Positions 45,356-57,900 of a stretch of 64,000 nucleotides of DNA are shown one piece after another. Location of the stretch: contig DF236983.1 in NCBI GenBank assembly GCA_000708835.1, forward strand, positions 259,558-323,557. Direction: 5' to 3'. Position numbers and translations under genes: made by a program. The notes below the pieces were generated by a model. The model ran no database searches, was not told the DNA's origin, and saw only the letters and a list, made by a program, of their open reading frames with translations. Within the stretch, counting starts at the first letter, position 1. Each line of letters begins with the position of its first letter. This DNA comes from Klebsormidium nitens (Eukaryota > Plantae > Klebsormidiophyceae).

Positions 45356-47572
45356 ATCCCCGGTACCCCGGTCTGCCGGCGTTTCTTCCGCCTGGGGCCC
45401 CTCGGCGCGTCCGCATCGGGTACCAGCAGATGGAGAAGCTTTAGCCTGGCGCGTGGCTGTGCACGCAGATGGTCGACTTCTACTCCCTGTAAGTAATACG
45501 TGCTGCCTTCTGTCCCGCGGACTAATAACCAACCTTTTCTGGACGCAGCCGCTGCTTTCCTCTTGACTCCCTGTCCTTGTTTCAACAGTTGGTGAGCTTT
45601 GCAAGCTGAGTCAGCAGTTCTCCAGGAATGAGAGGCAGGTACCCATGGAGAGGAGCTCCTCAGTCAGCTGTAGCAGCTCTGAGTATCTATAATCGCATCA
45701 AGTGGAGCTGAAGTGTAGACTTACTGTCATGCTTTAAACCGCAAATTGTCCTATCGAAATTGCAGGTACCTCCAGCATGCGAGCCCGCAGGACCTATCCG
45801 GCGTGATCGTAGCCCACCCGCTCCTCTTCGACAAACTTTACCGCCTGTTTCGCCGCGCGTCCCTGACGTCAAAGGAGGTGCTGCGGCGGGATCTCGAGAA
45901 GGCCCTCAAGAACCTCGGAGTCCCCAGCTTCGAGCTTCTCTTCCAGTGCCGCGCACTCTTCCTCCCGGTCTACTTCAGGCGAGTGCCACTGGATCAATTT
46001 TTTTTCGAAAATTGCTTTTCGCAGCCGATGATTTACAACATACCACGCCAGACGCTAGTATATACTGTTGTCCTCCGCCATGCCCGGGGGAGGCCCAACC
46101 GGGGGGCCTCATGACGGGCACAAAACTAACAGGGGGTCTCATTCCGGGCGTAAAATACATCGGCGGTCTCATTCCAAACGGCACCATCGTGGAGAGGGGG
46201 TTCCCGACGGGAGCCTCACCGCAGGGGGGCGGTCCTGAGGCGGCCGCATCAGCCCCCCCGAGGGAGCGCGCATCGGTGGCGGCCCTGGGGGGGCGCATCT
46301 GAGCGCTGGAGGGATTCCCCTCTGCCTACTGTGGCCCCCCTACAGAAAGCCACATTTCTCGGTGCCAGAATGTCTAGAATCTCTTCTAGCTCCTCGCTGC
46401 AACTACAATTCCGTTCCCGATCGTTGCCGACTGATGGCACTTGTCGGCTCCGCAGAGACCATTTCAGCTTGGTGGTCGTAGCGAACCCCGGTGCGGAAGG
46501 CGGCCATGCGGTACATCTGGACTCGATGTTGGGCGCGCACTGTGACCATGTCGAGAAGTTGGTGCGGAGGTGAGTCACCTACTCCCTACCTCGTTTCACT
46601 CTGCTTAATCGAGCCAATCCAGATGATTGCTTTTGAAACCTCGTAAATAATCGACTCCCATTCAACTTCGTCTTTGTTGACGTTGCCAGACGAGATCATT
46701 TGGAACGAATTCCATACACCAACTTGTTTCTGGTCAATTTGTACCGCTCCAGACCCGGGCCTTAGTGGGACGAGGATGGCAGTTACCCTCTGTTACGCCG
46801 GTGTACCGCAGGCTGCTCTCGTACGCCCCGGCGGCCATCGATCCAAGCTTTGCCGTGACACAAGATGGCCTTTCCCAGCGATTTTCTGAGACTAACTTCG
46901 CCTTCACGTCGGCACCGGTACGTCTCTCATGGGGCCTTGGGGGTATACGTGGGCCGTGCCAAAGCCGTTTGTTCTCTAGTTACAAGTGTCGGATTCTAAC
47001 GAGTGTCATTTTCCTCCGACATCAAGATTTCTGCGTCTCAACGCCTTTCAGGTCCCTCAACAACCCAACAGCTTCGACTGTGCCATATTCGCGCTACAGA
47101 ATTTAGAGCTTCTCCTAACGGACCTGACGCTTATAGAAAAGGTGAGTGGTCAGCTTGTACGATTCTCATCGACGAAGCTCACCTACAAGCTTCGTCGATG
47201 CGGATTGTTGATTCGTTCTCTCGTCCTGGCCCGTTTCTCTGACCTTCCCTCAAGCTTCCCTCCGATTGGCTGCTGTGGCAGCCACCTCTCCTTGACAGGT
47301 CTTGATTTGCCGAATTTGTTTTTCTGCAGCTGCGCCTCGGTCATGACGCGACCAACTTGTACGACCCATCTGTTGCCTTTCGAAAGAGAGAGGAGCTGCG
47401 CGCGTTGGTCTTCAACCTGGTCGGTGTACCCGACCCGGCCGCTCCTCTTGCACCACAAGGATCGTTTCAAAACTCCTCGGCAAACACGAAGCACATGATG
47501 TGCTCATCGTCGCAGCCTTGTCGTCTGCTGCGCAGGCTCTTGCAAAGGATGAAGAAATCGGGCGCTGTTTGA
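45356..47572 (+). pseudogene. Ulp1/SENP-like (peptidase C48) cysteine protease with one premature TAG
   Basis: Phase-consistent exons 45356-45488, 45766-45978 (GC donor), 46456-46569, 46812-46917, 47052-47141 and 47330-47572. Motifs KL*PGAWLCTQMVDFY, LFLPVYFRDHFSLVVV (His), HLDSM (Asp), VPQQPNSFDCAIF (Gln, Cys). TAG at 45442-45444. Further upstream exons are likely at ~44380-44880. Confidence 0.85.
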
Positions 47573-50379
47573 CCGTTACGTTTTCGTCCCTGTTCGGGTG
47601 CACGTCGTCCATTGTGGGACCACGACCAAAATCAGCTCCCCAGTTCCAGTCCCCTAGAACGCGCGAATTTGGAAACGGTTGTCTTTCTGCTCAGGTACCG
47701 CACCTCACCCCGTCGTGACCATGTCTCCTGGTCGGCGTCGCGTTGTTCCCTCGCCGCCGCAGAAAGCACTTTGTCAAGGTAAGCATGACACTCGACCCGC
47801 TGAAGTAGCTTTGCCCCGGGCGTACACTTTGCGAGGAGGTCATCCTTAGCGGCGTGCCGTCGCGTCGGAGGTCTATGAGATACCCCCCTCGCTGTCCAAC
47901 TCCATGGATCTCTGTGCAAACGAAGTGCCATGGATTTTTACACATCGTGCCGGAATAGGTCGATGCGAGAGAAGAAATGCAAGATGTGGCTACATCGCAC
48001 ACGATCTCTACCACTCTAAGACTGTATATCACCGTGCAGAGCCGACTGAACGCCCGGTCCCTCAAAAGTCCGAGGCCACTACTCAGGTTGTGCTAGTACC
48101 GCCAGTTGACTCAACCGTCAGCCACCAGGTCCCCGATCCTTGTGCTCAAGTACAGCTGGACCCTGGTGAGTGACTGCTATCTTCTCACCTCTCGTTCAAG
48201 CGGGTGCACTTTAGGCTGCCGAAATTTCAACTTTTTTTGGGGGACTCAGTAAGCTTGAGAGGAGGGGTTGTGCGTCTTGAAGACTTAGCCAGTCGGGAGT
48301 CATATGCTGCTTCACCTCGTTTCAAGGATCAGGGGTCGTTTACTGTAATCATGAGGGGGACAAAACTCTTGCAAACGTGAAGCTTTAAAGGTAACGCCGT
48401 TTTCTGCACTCAGGGTCGCATGCATTCAGGCTTCTTTGCATGGGGACCCCAGATGAGAGGGCCGCCCGAAACCACGAAGCGAACTGAAAGATTGGGAGCA
48501 ACTCCTGCAGGAAGCTTAAGAGCTTTGGATGGCGGCCCTCCGGCCGCGACAAGCACTGCTCCCAAGGGCGATGCCGCAGGCGAGGCTAGGGAGTCTCAGC
48601 CCGCGGTCCCGCCGCTGCGGAAACGGAAAAGGTTCAATGGTCCGATCTTCATCAAACAGATTCGGTAATTTACCGCCGCACTTTTGGGAAGCACACTGAG
48701 GTCCAGAAGAGGGCTGGCAACCCTGAAGAGTCGTGTATATAAAAGCGCTCTCAACACGAAGCCTCCAAGAGGGGAAATTGGGGCATCAGGTTGCTCTGCG
48801 GTCTAGTGATCCAGCATCAGTCATGTGATTGTGAAACGTTTTTTTACTGATGCGATCAACCTAGCAGGCTGGTCATGCTATTACTGTGCTGGTAATAAAT
48901 TGTGGTGAGGGGCCACTTCGAAGCTGAGCGTAGTTATCGACTCATAAATGTCACGGTGTGCATGGTTCTTCTCACAGCCGAACTAACATCGTCTCACAGA
49001 TTGGAAACTCAAGGGCGGCTCACCGCAGCATTTGAGCATATCTGTGCCGCTTTCACCTACCATGAGTATACATCGACTTAAATTCTGCATGCATGTCATT
49101 ACTGTTTGAAGTATGTGTAATTGGAGCGTGAAGTGTGCATGCAAGTCCGGGCCAGATATGAAATCGTCATGGTGAAGCCGCTGTTGGGTGAGATTTGCAT
49201 GCGGGGAAGAATCTATAGGAGCAACTCCAGCAGGGTTCACTGACGGTTAAGTTGCGTGGTTATTCGAGTCCTAGAGCTGCGGCCGGAGCGGCCCCGGCTA
49301 AACTTGAAGGGCCCGGCAAGTTGCTTTGCATGACTACGGTAAGTATGTGTGTGTATAGACCCTTGCGCCCGCGCGCAAAAGTGCATGTGTGCCATGTGGC
49401 CCTGCGGTACGTCGCGGGCCGCCTGGCTCGGCGCATTACCATACCGTATGGTACTGTCGGACCTCTGACTGAGGCTGAGTACGGTCGGGGGCGGCCCGCC
49501 GAGCGATTGGATCTGGCGGCCGCGCCCGACTTTATGATAGAATCATTTGGCAGGCGCCTGCAGCCGCGGCCGTCACGGTCATGCACTGCGGCGTCACGAG
49601 CGGTAAGTTTGTGCACGGCAATTGTTCCTTGTCGATCCCCCTTTGATTGAGAACTTACCATCACATTCATGAAACGTCAATGCACAGATTGATGTGACTA
49701 TGTGACGATGACCGTTCATGAGACCATTGTCTGTGCGATCATGATGCAGGCAATCGATTGAACCACGAATTTCGTCATGATCGCTTCTGCAACAGTGCGC
49801 AACGAATAGAACCAACGCGGGCACAATATTACCCTGGTTATTGGCAATCAGCACTTCGACTATAATACAACGTCAATATATGTAGAATTCCAGGGTTGCT
49901 GAGCGCACAAGATCTAGTGTGTGCCAGGTGGATCGTTCTTTCCTGTCGTTCAGTTCAGCAAAAACAATTCTTTCAATCTTAGGACAAAGGGTCGTCGAGA
50001 GAAAATCTGAATGACCAGATTGTAACCTGGCAGACGACAACAGGACTGTGTGCTGTTCTAGGTACTCGTCCATTTTGCAGGGACGTGTTGAGAGTTTATG
50101 GTCTGCTTAGACACTATAAATAAAAACCAGGATGATGGTACTGGAGCAGCATTGCAAACATCTTTATAATACATCGCCCGGACTCCATTTACATCCATGG
50201 CTAAGGCTTAGAGACACATTGCAAACTGACAACTCAACACATGAAAGATATTGACTTCGCTTTAATAAAGATAGGCGCATCGATTATCATGCCGGACACA
50301 TGCAAGCTCTCACCGGCTCACCCCTACAGGAGTCAATACATAGGCAACAAGACATGCCGAAACAGCAACTTCGATTCGA

Positions 50380-50928
50380 ATAGCCGAGAAGCAGCGGAAA
50401 AGCTTTTTTAAAGTAACGGCGCCCGCTGTGATGGCGTGCCTGGAACCTGGTCCTTCTAACAGCGATGGTCGCCCCACCCTCGTCGATTTTAATGACAACG
50501 GTTTTGACAGCGCCACTTGCAGGTAGCAACGCGACAACGGTGCCCAGTGAACCGTTCGCGGCAAATTTCTTAGTGTCGATGTTCGCAGTCAACATGACGC
50601 GCGCACCAATTGCCACCTTTTCCATCTCGAAAAACTTAGGCTCTGCTAGCCACGCAGCTAGTTCGTCCACAAAAGTTGCGTTAGTGTCTCTGTCAATTCT
50701 CAGCACCTCGGCAGACGTGAATTTTTTGCGAAGAATCTTTTCGTTGAACCGCTGCGTCGATTCGAAGACGGGCTCTAGAAGCAACTGAACTCTCCCCAAC
50801 TTTTTGCCGAGTTGGCCTTCGGCGGCATCGGTCTCGCTTCCTTCACCGTCGCCTTCGCAGCGACCGCCGTTGTCCTTCCTGTGGTCTGCTCGGACAATTC
50901 CGTGCAAAGTGGTCCGCAGAGCGGGCAC
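50380..50928 (-). pseudogene. C-terminal fragment of a PIF1-family (SF1B) helicase
   Basis: VAIGARVMLTANIDTKKFAANGSLGTVV and RRYFKKAFPLLLGY match the PIF1 C-terminal motifs. Good acceptor at 50929. No Walker A motif and no HKSQG/YVALSR motifs were seen in the window. Confidence 0.75.
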
Positions 50929-51919
50929 CTGTGGATGAACCAAAAGAAGAGTGAATGCCGTCTCTTGGGAGTTCACTGATAGCCAGAATGAATCTTATGG
51001 GGGCTTCCTACAAAGTGCTAAGCAGTCTACAAAGTTCCCTGAACGAAAGCAGCAGCGGACGACAGTGCTCAGGCAGTCTTCGTGTGAACCTTTGTCGGGT
51101 TTAAGGGAACTGCAGGCTACAAGACCCCCCCCCCCAACCATCTTCTTGCGCCTAGTGTTGGCGCCATCGGCGGGTTTGTGAAGGACAGGGCTTTACTAAA
51201 AGCAGCTCATTGCAGCGTCCGCTCGAGGATGGTGGCACATAGAGGTGTAGAAGAGCTTTGCCTGGTTACTTCTAGTCTTATTACTTCGGTCACGCTCATT
51301 GAGAAGAGACAGGAGCAGGCGCTGACTGACCTTCTTTCCTGTCCTTGTTCCCGCCCGCGTCGGCTCTGCGTCCTGCCTCTCCCGGGCCTACCCCGGCCGC
51401 GGCCTCTGCCCCTGTAGTCAAGATCAGGGCTTCATTCAGGGCGCTATGGAAGAAGCGCGGTTGGACGCGTTCAACGGGACGAGGGCGGCGACGTAATGTG
51501 ACGCAAGGAAAAATGCATTAGAGAGTGTTCCGATGCTCTGCTTCTTTCCTTCGTGGACCCGTCGGTTACCCTGTTGACTTTCCTCAGGTGCAGCGACACT
51601 TCTTGACAATAGGACATTGAAGAACAGAGGCGCAAACGCTACTGCAGATACGATGCTCGAAGCTGCAGATCTTCAGCAAGACCGCCAACAAAAGGACTGT
51701 CGCAAAAATGAGCCGGTGACCAACTCCAGAAAGAACCTGAGGAGGCAATCACCAGATCGACTGAACAATAACGCCCCTATAAGACTAAAAATCTCATAGA
51801 AAAGAGCTTTCTGAATGCTGTCCGTCGGTCCTCGGCAGAGATTAGTACGGCGCTATTTTCAATAAAAGTGCAAGAAAGTGCTCATTCCAAGTAGATGGCA
51901 GCCTGGACTTTCGACGCAC

Positions 51920-54900
51920 CTGACAGCAACGTTCCGCTCATTTCCTCCCGAGTCCGAATCTCTGGCCCCCACATTTGCGTCCAAGCCCGGGCATGCCTCC
52001 TGTCCGTGTTCTGCTGCACCGCAGGCGGGGCAGGCTTGCCCGGCGTTGGCGTCTGCCGCACGCTCTTCCGCCTGAGCAGCGTTGGAAGCTCCGCCGGCGC
52101 TGCTCCCCTCAGCGCTGGATCAGCAGAGAGGATGTTAAAGAGAGCAAGAGAGCATTCCGGAATTATGGAAAAGACGACTCATCTTTGCCGCTCCTTGTCA
52201 AGAAGGCGTCTCAGAAGACAACAAGTCGAAAGTGCGTATTTTCTTTTCACCGGACTTGCTCAAGAAAGACAAAGCATCAATGGAAGGGTTTAACCGGCAA
52301 ACTGACCACCAACAGCGAAACGCCGTCAAACATTGACGAACTCCTCAGTTGACTGTTCCATGAGGACCATCCACTTTAGGAAGCTATGCTGTTTCAGGGC
52401 TCAAGAGAAGAACGATTCGACTGCTGCCTATCCACACGACCACCAAACACCAAAGCTCCGTTGGGTGCGGTCAGGGTAACCCGAATTCTGTTAGACTTAC
52501 CCCTTTTGTTCGCTCACCTAGGCCACGACGTCAAGATCTCCCGGTCGGCGTGCCACGACAGGACGACCTCCCGAAGGGGCTCTATCACTCGATTCCGCAG
52601 CACCGTTGCGGCATCTGGCCGGTCTTCCCCCCCGAGCAGATGGCGTCGCTCGATCACGGCGCGGAGGGGCGCGCGCGCGATGGCGTACGCATCCGCCAGA
52701 GTCAGCCGGGTAACCCGCGCCTCGACCGCCCTCTTCCAAGCCCATTCCACGCCCCCCATCTCCACACAGACGATCCATCGCCGGTTGTAGGGGATGCGCT
52801 CGAGGTGCTCTGGACCCCACCCGGGCGGTAGACAGTTCAAACCCCCCGTGCTTTTCCGATTCGCGTGCCAGGCTCTGTCCCGTATCATTGCCCCCACGAA
52901 CTGGTCCACAATGTTGTGGAGCGGCCACTGTCCCCCCCCCGGCTTCTGGACGTCCACTCGGAAGCCGTCCACCTGGCGCCGGCCGTTGTCCTTCGAGACC
53001 CCCCGGAAAATGCTGCTTTTGTTTAGCGCCCACTTCAGATTTTTTTCGTAGTTCAATTTTTTGGTCTTCATGAGGACGAAGGAGGCGTCCCACGAAGCGG
53101 TGACGATGTAGTGGGGGCCCCCGGCTTGAATTCTTTGGGCGTCAAGCCCTCGGTACCCCGGCCGAGCTCCCTGCCAAGGCCTGAAAGAGCTAAGAGAGCC
53201 GGTCATGGCTTCGAGCCAAGCCTGCATTTCCGGGGGGCGGTTGAAAGGGACCAAGGCGAACTCCTTGGCGCGTTCCATCACCCGTTGTACCGAATGGGGA
53301 AGCTCCTCGAGGTTAATGCACTCGTACCCGTCGAGTAGTTCCTTGATGTCTGCCTCCAGGGTCCCCCCCTCTTCCAGCAGAAGCATCGTACCCCCGTTTT
53401 CCACCAGGCCCCCGCCCCCCCTTTCGCCGACGTCGACTTTCTCGCGGTGACCAATCCTTCTTGTCAAAATTGTGAGGGTTGCGTATGTTCTGGGGACGTA
53501 CTCGCCTTTCCGGTGGAAACCGATGTTTTTCAGCAGTAAGAGCGTGGGGAGGGGAATCGGGACCATGGTTCTTAACCGTCTCTCCGTTACGAGCTGCGAC
53601 CACCGGCGCCGACCGAGTTCGGACATCTTCTTTAGGTTCTTCTTTACTGTCCCCGGGTTCTCCTCCGCCCAACTTCGCCCCGGAAGCATCACTGCGACAC
53701 CCTCGAAGTGCCGCGTCTGGTCGTCTTTGTCGGTGCGCGCGGGGTCGCCAGCACTGTACGCCGACTTGGTCCACCCATCTACCGGCCAGTTCAGCTCCCC
53801 GTGTTGACCTTCAGCGACTTTCGCGGCAGTCGCTGTTTTCACCTGAACGAACGTTGATCAAGAAGTCTGACCAGCAAGGCAGAAATGTCCAGATTCTCGC
53901 AGTCCGAACGTTGACTGCAGTAGCTCTCTTTCTTCGTCATGCGGCTGCTTTTTTAAGCTAGAGTTTTGTAGTCAACGGAGCTCCGCTTCAGCGTGACAAA
54001 GAAATGTTCATGGTGATGGAGCATTAAAAACAACTCATACCTTGCCTCCAATAATATTAGGCAGGAAACGGAACTCTGACCACTTGTTTCACACCAGGGA
54101 GTAGTCCAAACAGCTCCACTGACAGGGTTTGCGAAAGATTGCCACTTTAATTTAGAGTTAGGCCCTCAACTGACTCAAAGTAACTGCGTTTTCCAAGCAC
54201 AATAAGCACGAATCGGACTGGTGGGGCTGAGTACCAACTTTCGGTTGCAGCATCTCAACAGCTTTTGTTACGACAGAGTGAACGTCGTTGACGAGCTTGA
54301 GAGTCCGACAGCAAGGACACGTCCGAATTTGAAATGTAGTAGGGACCCCCACGAATTCGCTTCTGGTGCTCGAGTATTCACGGTAACTCTTAAGTCCTGT
54401 TTCAACCATGACGTGTCAACCATGCGCCTCACCTGAAGGCGCACCAGCGCATATAAGAGGAAGATGTCGAGCTTGTGGCCGCTTCCCAAAAGGGCCACGA
54501 GCTGCCGTCCGAGCGCCTCCTCCACGTGACGGACACCATCAAGCTCCATCTTGTCCTCGTCCGACGTGGGGGTGCCGAACGCCAGAAATGGGTGTAGTTT
54601 TAACTGGAAGGACAGGGTGCTTGTGTCTAAGAACTCGGTGCCATACTAAGCGTTAGTGGTCCTTGGCCTGAGGTTTCGACAAGAAGCTGTGCACCGAACG
54701 ACGCTCTTGAAGAAGGAACAATCGGCGAGGTGGAAGAACCTGGCGTCCTCGGTGAAACTCTCAGAAACGTTCGTTTCAGCGCCGATAAGGTTTCTGTTCA
54801 GTCGGTGCTAATAAGATATTGCCAGGAGTCTTGCGGCTAAAAAAAAAAACATTTGGAAGTAAACCACCCATGGGCTCGTCGGGCCCTTCGGTGGTGCTCG

Positions 54901-57900
54901 AAATACTGCGCGTGCCGTTCCGTGGGTTCTATCAAACAACTCTGATTCGGAGAATTTACTAGTGATCAGTATTCTCGAAGTGGAAAAACGGAAACGCAAT
55001 GACATCTTGATGAATAGACTGACAGCTTACCTTTCCGGTTTCGTACAGGTAGCTGACCAAGACAGCAAACCACACCAGGGGGAAAGTTGTGTGGTCGTGA
55101 TCAGCCGCTCGGTCGACCGACGTGCACGTAGGGCTCCCTCCGCCATATGTTGAAGCAGCGAGGACCCGGCACCAGGCTTGGAACGTCGCCATCGACCGCA
55201 TCTCCCGCGCAGCCCAGTAGAGAATGGTTAGGAAGTCGATCTGGTCCGTGGGTGACCGGTTCTGGTTGAGCTCTTCGTACTTCGCCCTGGCGTTGGACCC
55301 AGATGCCCACGTCTCGGCGCCGCCGCGAAGCCACCGCAGGAGCTCTCCTTCGATGCCCCCGGCCTGAAAGTCATATCTGTGGGCTGCAAGAGGGTGCGCA
55401 GACACACGATTCAGGTTATTCAGCCCTTGCACTCGAAATGAAGCAGCTTCTTGCTCGCGGACGGGTAGGCCTTTTAAACCCGAGCCCCCGTTGACATTCT
55501 GCTGTCCTCCCCAGAAAGCGGCCCCAGACTCAACAAAGCTTGACTGGGTAATCTCGACTGGAAGGTGTTACAAGTTCGATGGAGAAGGCACAGTGACAGG
55601 AGGACTCCAAAAGTTTCTTCTGACCGGATATCATGAGAGATAGGAGTATCGCACCAGTTGGCTTAGAGGTGCTCCTGGGCCAGTCGGTGTATTCCAGGCG
55701 ACGTGGAATTTTGAACGTTGACTCGCCAGCTAAGCACGTTCTCCATATTGTATCAGACAAGAGATCTAGCGCCGAAGTTTAATGTCACTTTCTATCTGTG
55801 TCATTCGGTGTGGGCATTCGACAACTTCTATACTAACCAGCATGCAGATCGCACGATAGTTACTTTACCTTGTATTCCGAAGGCTCCAAGATATCTGGGG
55901 AGGTCGTCGACGTCAATGTCGACCCAGTCGACGATTTCATTTCCGCGAAACAGAGGTAGCGTAAGATAGCGAAGAAGCCCGAGGAGGCGAAGGTGGAGGA
56001 AGAACTGTGGAAGATGCAAGCAGTGTTTCCAAATATGGGCATGTTCGAGTTTTCCTGCGGTTCCAAGAAGCTGATTCGGGCTGTCAGATCCGGTGCGAAC
56101 CATCTGATCTTTGGCGTACGTGAAGAGTTCTGCATGACAAGGAAAAGCTTTGGAGAAAAGTCGTCAACACAAAACCAGAGCCTGACTGACTGCGGCACCT
56201 TCAGAAAACGTTGTTGATGATGATGATGATGATGATGATGCCAAGGAGACGACTCTGTGTCCAGCCGACAGCCGTCTTGCACCATCGTTAACAGGATCTG
56301 ACGCAATAATCGATGCCCTTGAAATCCTCCACGTTGTGTACAGTAAGTCAACGTCACGCACCGCCCAGATGAGGAAGAAGAACCCCTCGGACTCGTGAGC
56401 ATGTTGGTATGCCTGGTGCCCGTCTTCTGGAACCTTCTCCCTCGTTGGGTACTCGTTCTGTGCCGCGTCCTCATCGTCTGCTGCACCACTGCCAGGCTCG
56501 GGTGGCTTCTCCTGAGCTTTGCGTCTTGCTTCTTCCCCGACCTGCGCCAACGAGATGCTTCTTGTGTTACTGATGGCACCAGCTTGTCAGCAAAGCATGC
56601 CAGATGCTTTCTGGAGGCAGACACGACTTGCATGATCCAAAGGGCCGCCTTGCTTCTAGCGTTCTATAGGAGATACTGTAAAACATCACCTTCTGCCGAT
56701 CGCACTCCCGTCCAACGGATGCTTCAGCCTCAATCTCAAGTAGGAATGTTTTGTACAAGGCAATCCACGGCACCAGAAAGAACTTACTCGTTTGGCAGCC
56801 ATGGCCTCCCAAGGCTCTCCAGAAGCTGCCGGAGGCGTCCACCTAGCCCCCCCAGGTCCCACGCCCCCGTTCAAACCCCAGCTCTCGTCGAGCCCGGGTC
56901 TCTCCTCGATGAGACGTTGCTTCCAATCGTCCGCCCCTTCGCTACCCGCCCTCGACGCGTCTTCCTCGCGCAGACGTTCCCCTCCGCTTGCAATGTCGAC
57001 GGAATCCCCGTCCCCGCCGGAGGCCGCGTGCCGCCGAGTTACGCGCTGAGGCCGAGCTTGCTCTCGTGGTCGCCCACTCGTCCGCCTCTGGGGGCTAGGG
57101 ACTCCCTCTCTTTGTGAGTCGCCCGTTCGATGCAACCGCCGTTTGCTCCGACGGTTAGGTTTGCCACTTTTCTTTCGGCACCCCGGTCCCGCCTTTCCAT
57201 TACGCACCGACGCTCCTCCTGTACAATCCGCAGCGCTTTTGTCCGTTCCTTGAGACTCTGCGCTATCTCGAGGCTGCTCTTTTGTTGAGTCCCCAACCCC
57301 TCTCTCCACCGGTGGAGCACCTGTTGCCCAGTCAGCCATTGGGACCCCCACGTCAAGCGCGTGCTCTTCAGTAACCCCCGTCCCTTCGCCCCCCGAATGC
57401 CCAACTCCTAGTACGGCCTCTCCCGTTCCGCCCTCGCGCCCGTCGCAACCGGCGACCTCTTGTGCGGCCTGGCAGTCGGACCCACGAGATCTAACGTCAG
57501 GAGGCCTGGCAGTCGCCTGAAGAAGAAAGCATTCGAGGATTCAAGCCAGTTATAAACTTTGCCGGATCGTGGGGCCCACTACTTTTCATGTGTATCTCCT
57601 GAAAGGGCACTCAACGAGGCGCAATTGTAAAAACAGGGAACACCGCAGGCCGTGAGACAAATGTCTCAGGAAACTCAAGGACCCTAGTCCAGTCTTCCAT
57701 TCTGATTTGATTTAGAGTCGATGAAACCTGCTCAGGCCTCAGAATCCTTTGAAGTCCGGACTTATCAATCCAAGTTTGAATGATTCGTCATTTTCTGGTT
57801 AGGGTTAGGGTTAGGATTATGGTAGTGGATCGACGTCGAGATGAGAATTGTAAAATTGGGTTGAGATTTGGATTAAGAATTGGGGTTAAGGTTGACAATA

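Noticed and set aside
45442-45444. Alternative genetic code (TAG = Gln, as in some ulvophytes) or readthrough
   Set aside because: ACC1 terminates at TAG in the expected position, and no in-frame TAG or TAA was needed in its exons. The other premature stop (5128) is TGA. Mutational decay is simpler.
48736-48745. TATATAAAAG box as an snRNA or gene promoter
   Set aside because: No upstream sequence element, recognisable RNA or ORF follows.
55860-56633. 257-aa ORF with a poly-His run
   Set aside because: The poly-His comes from an intronic (TGA)n microsatellite, and the real exons use other frames.
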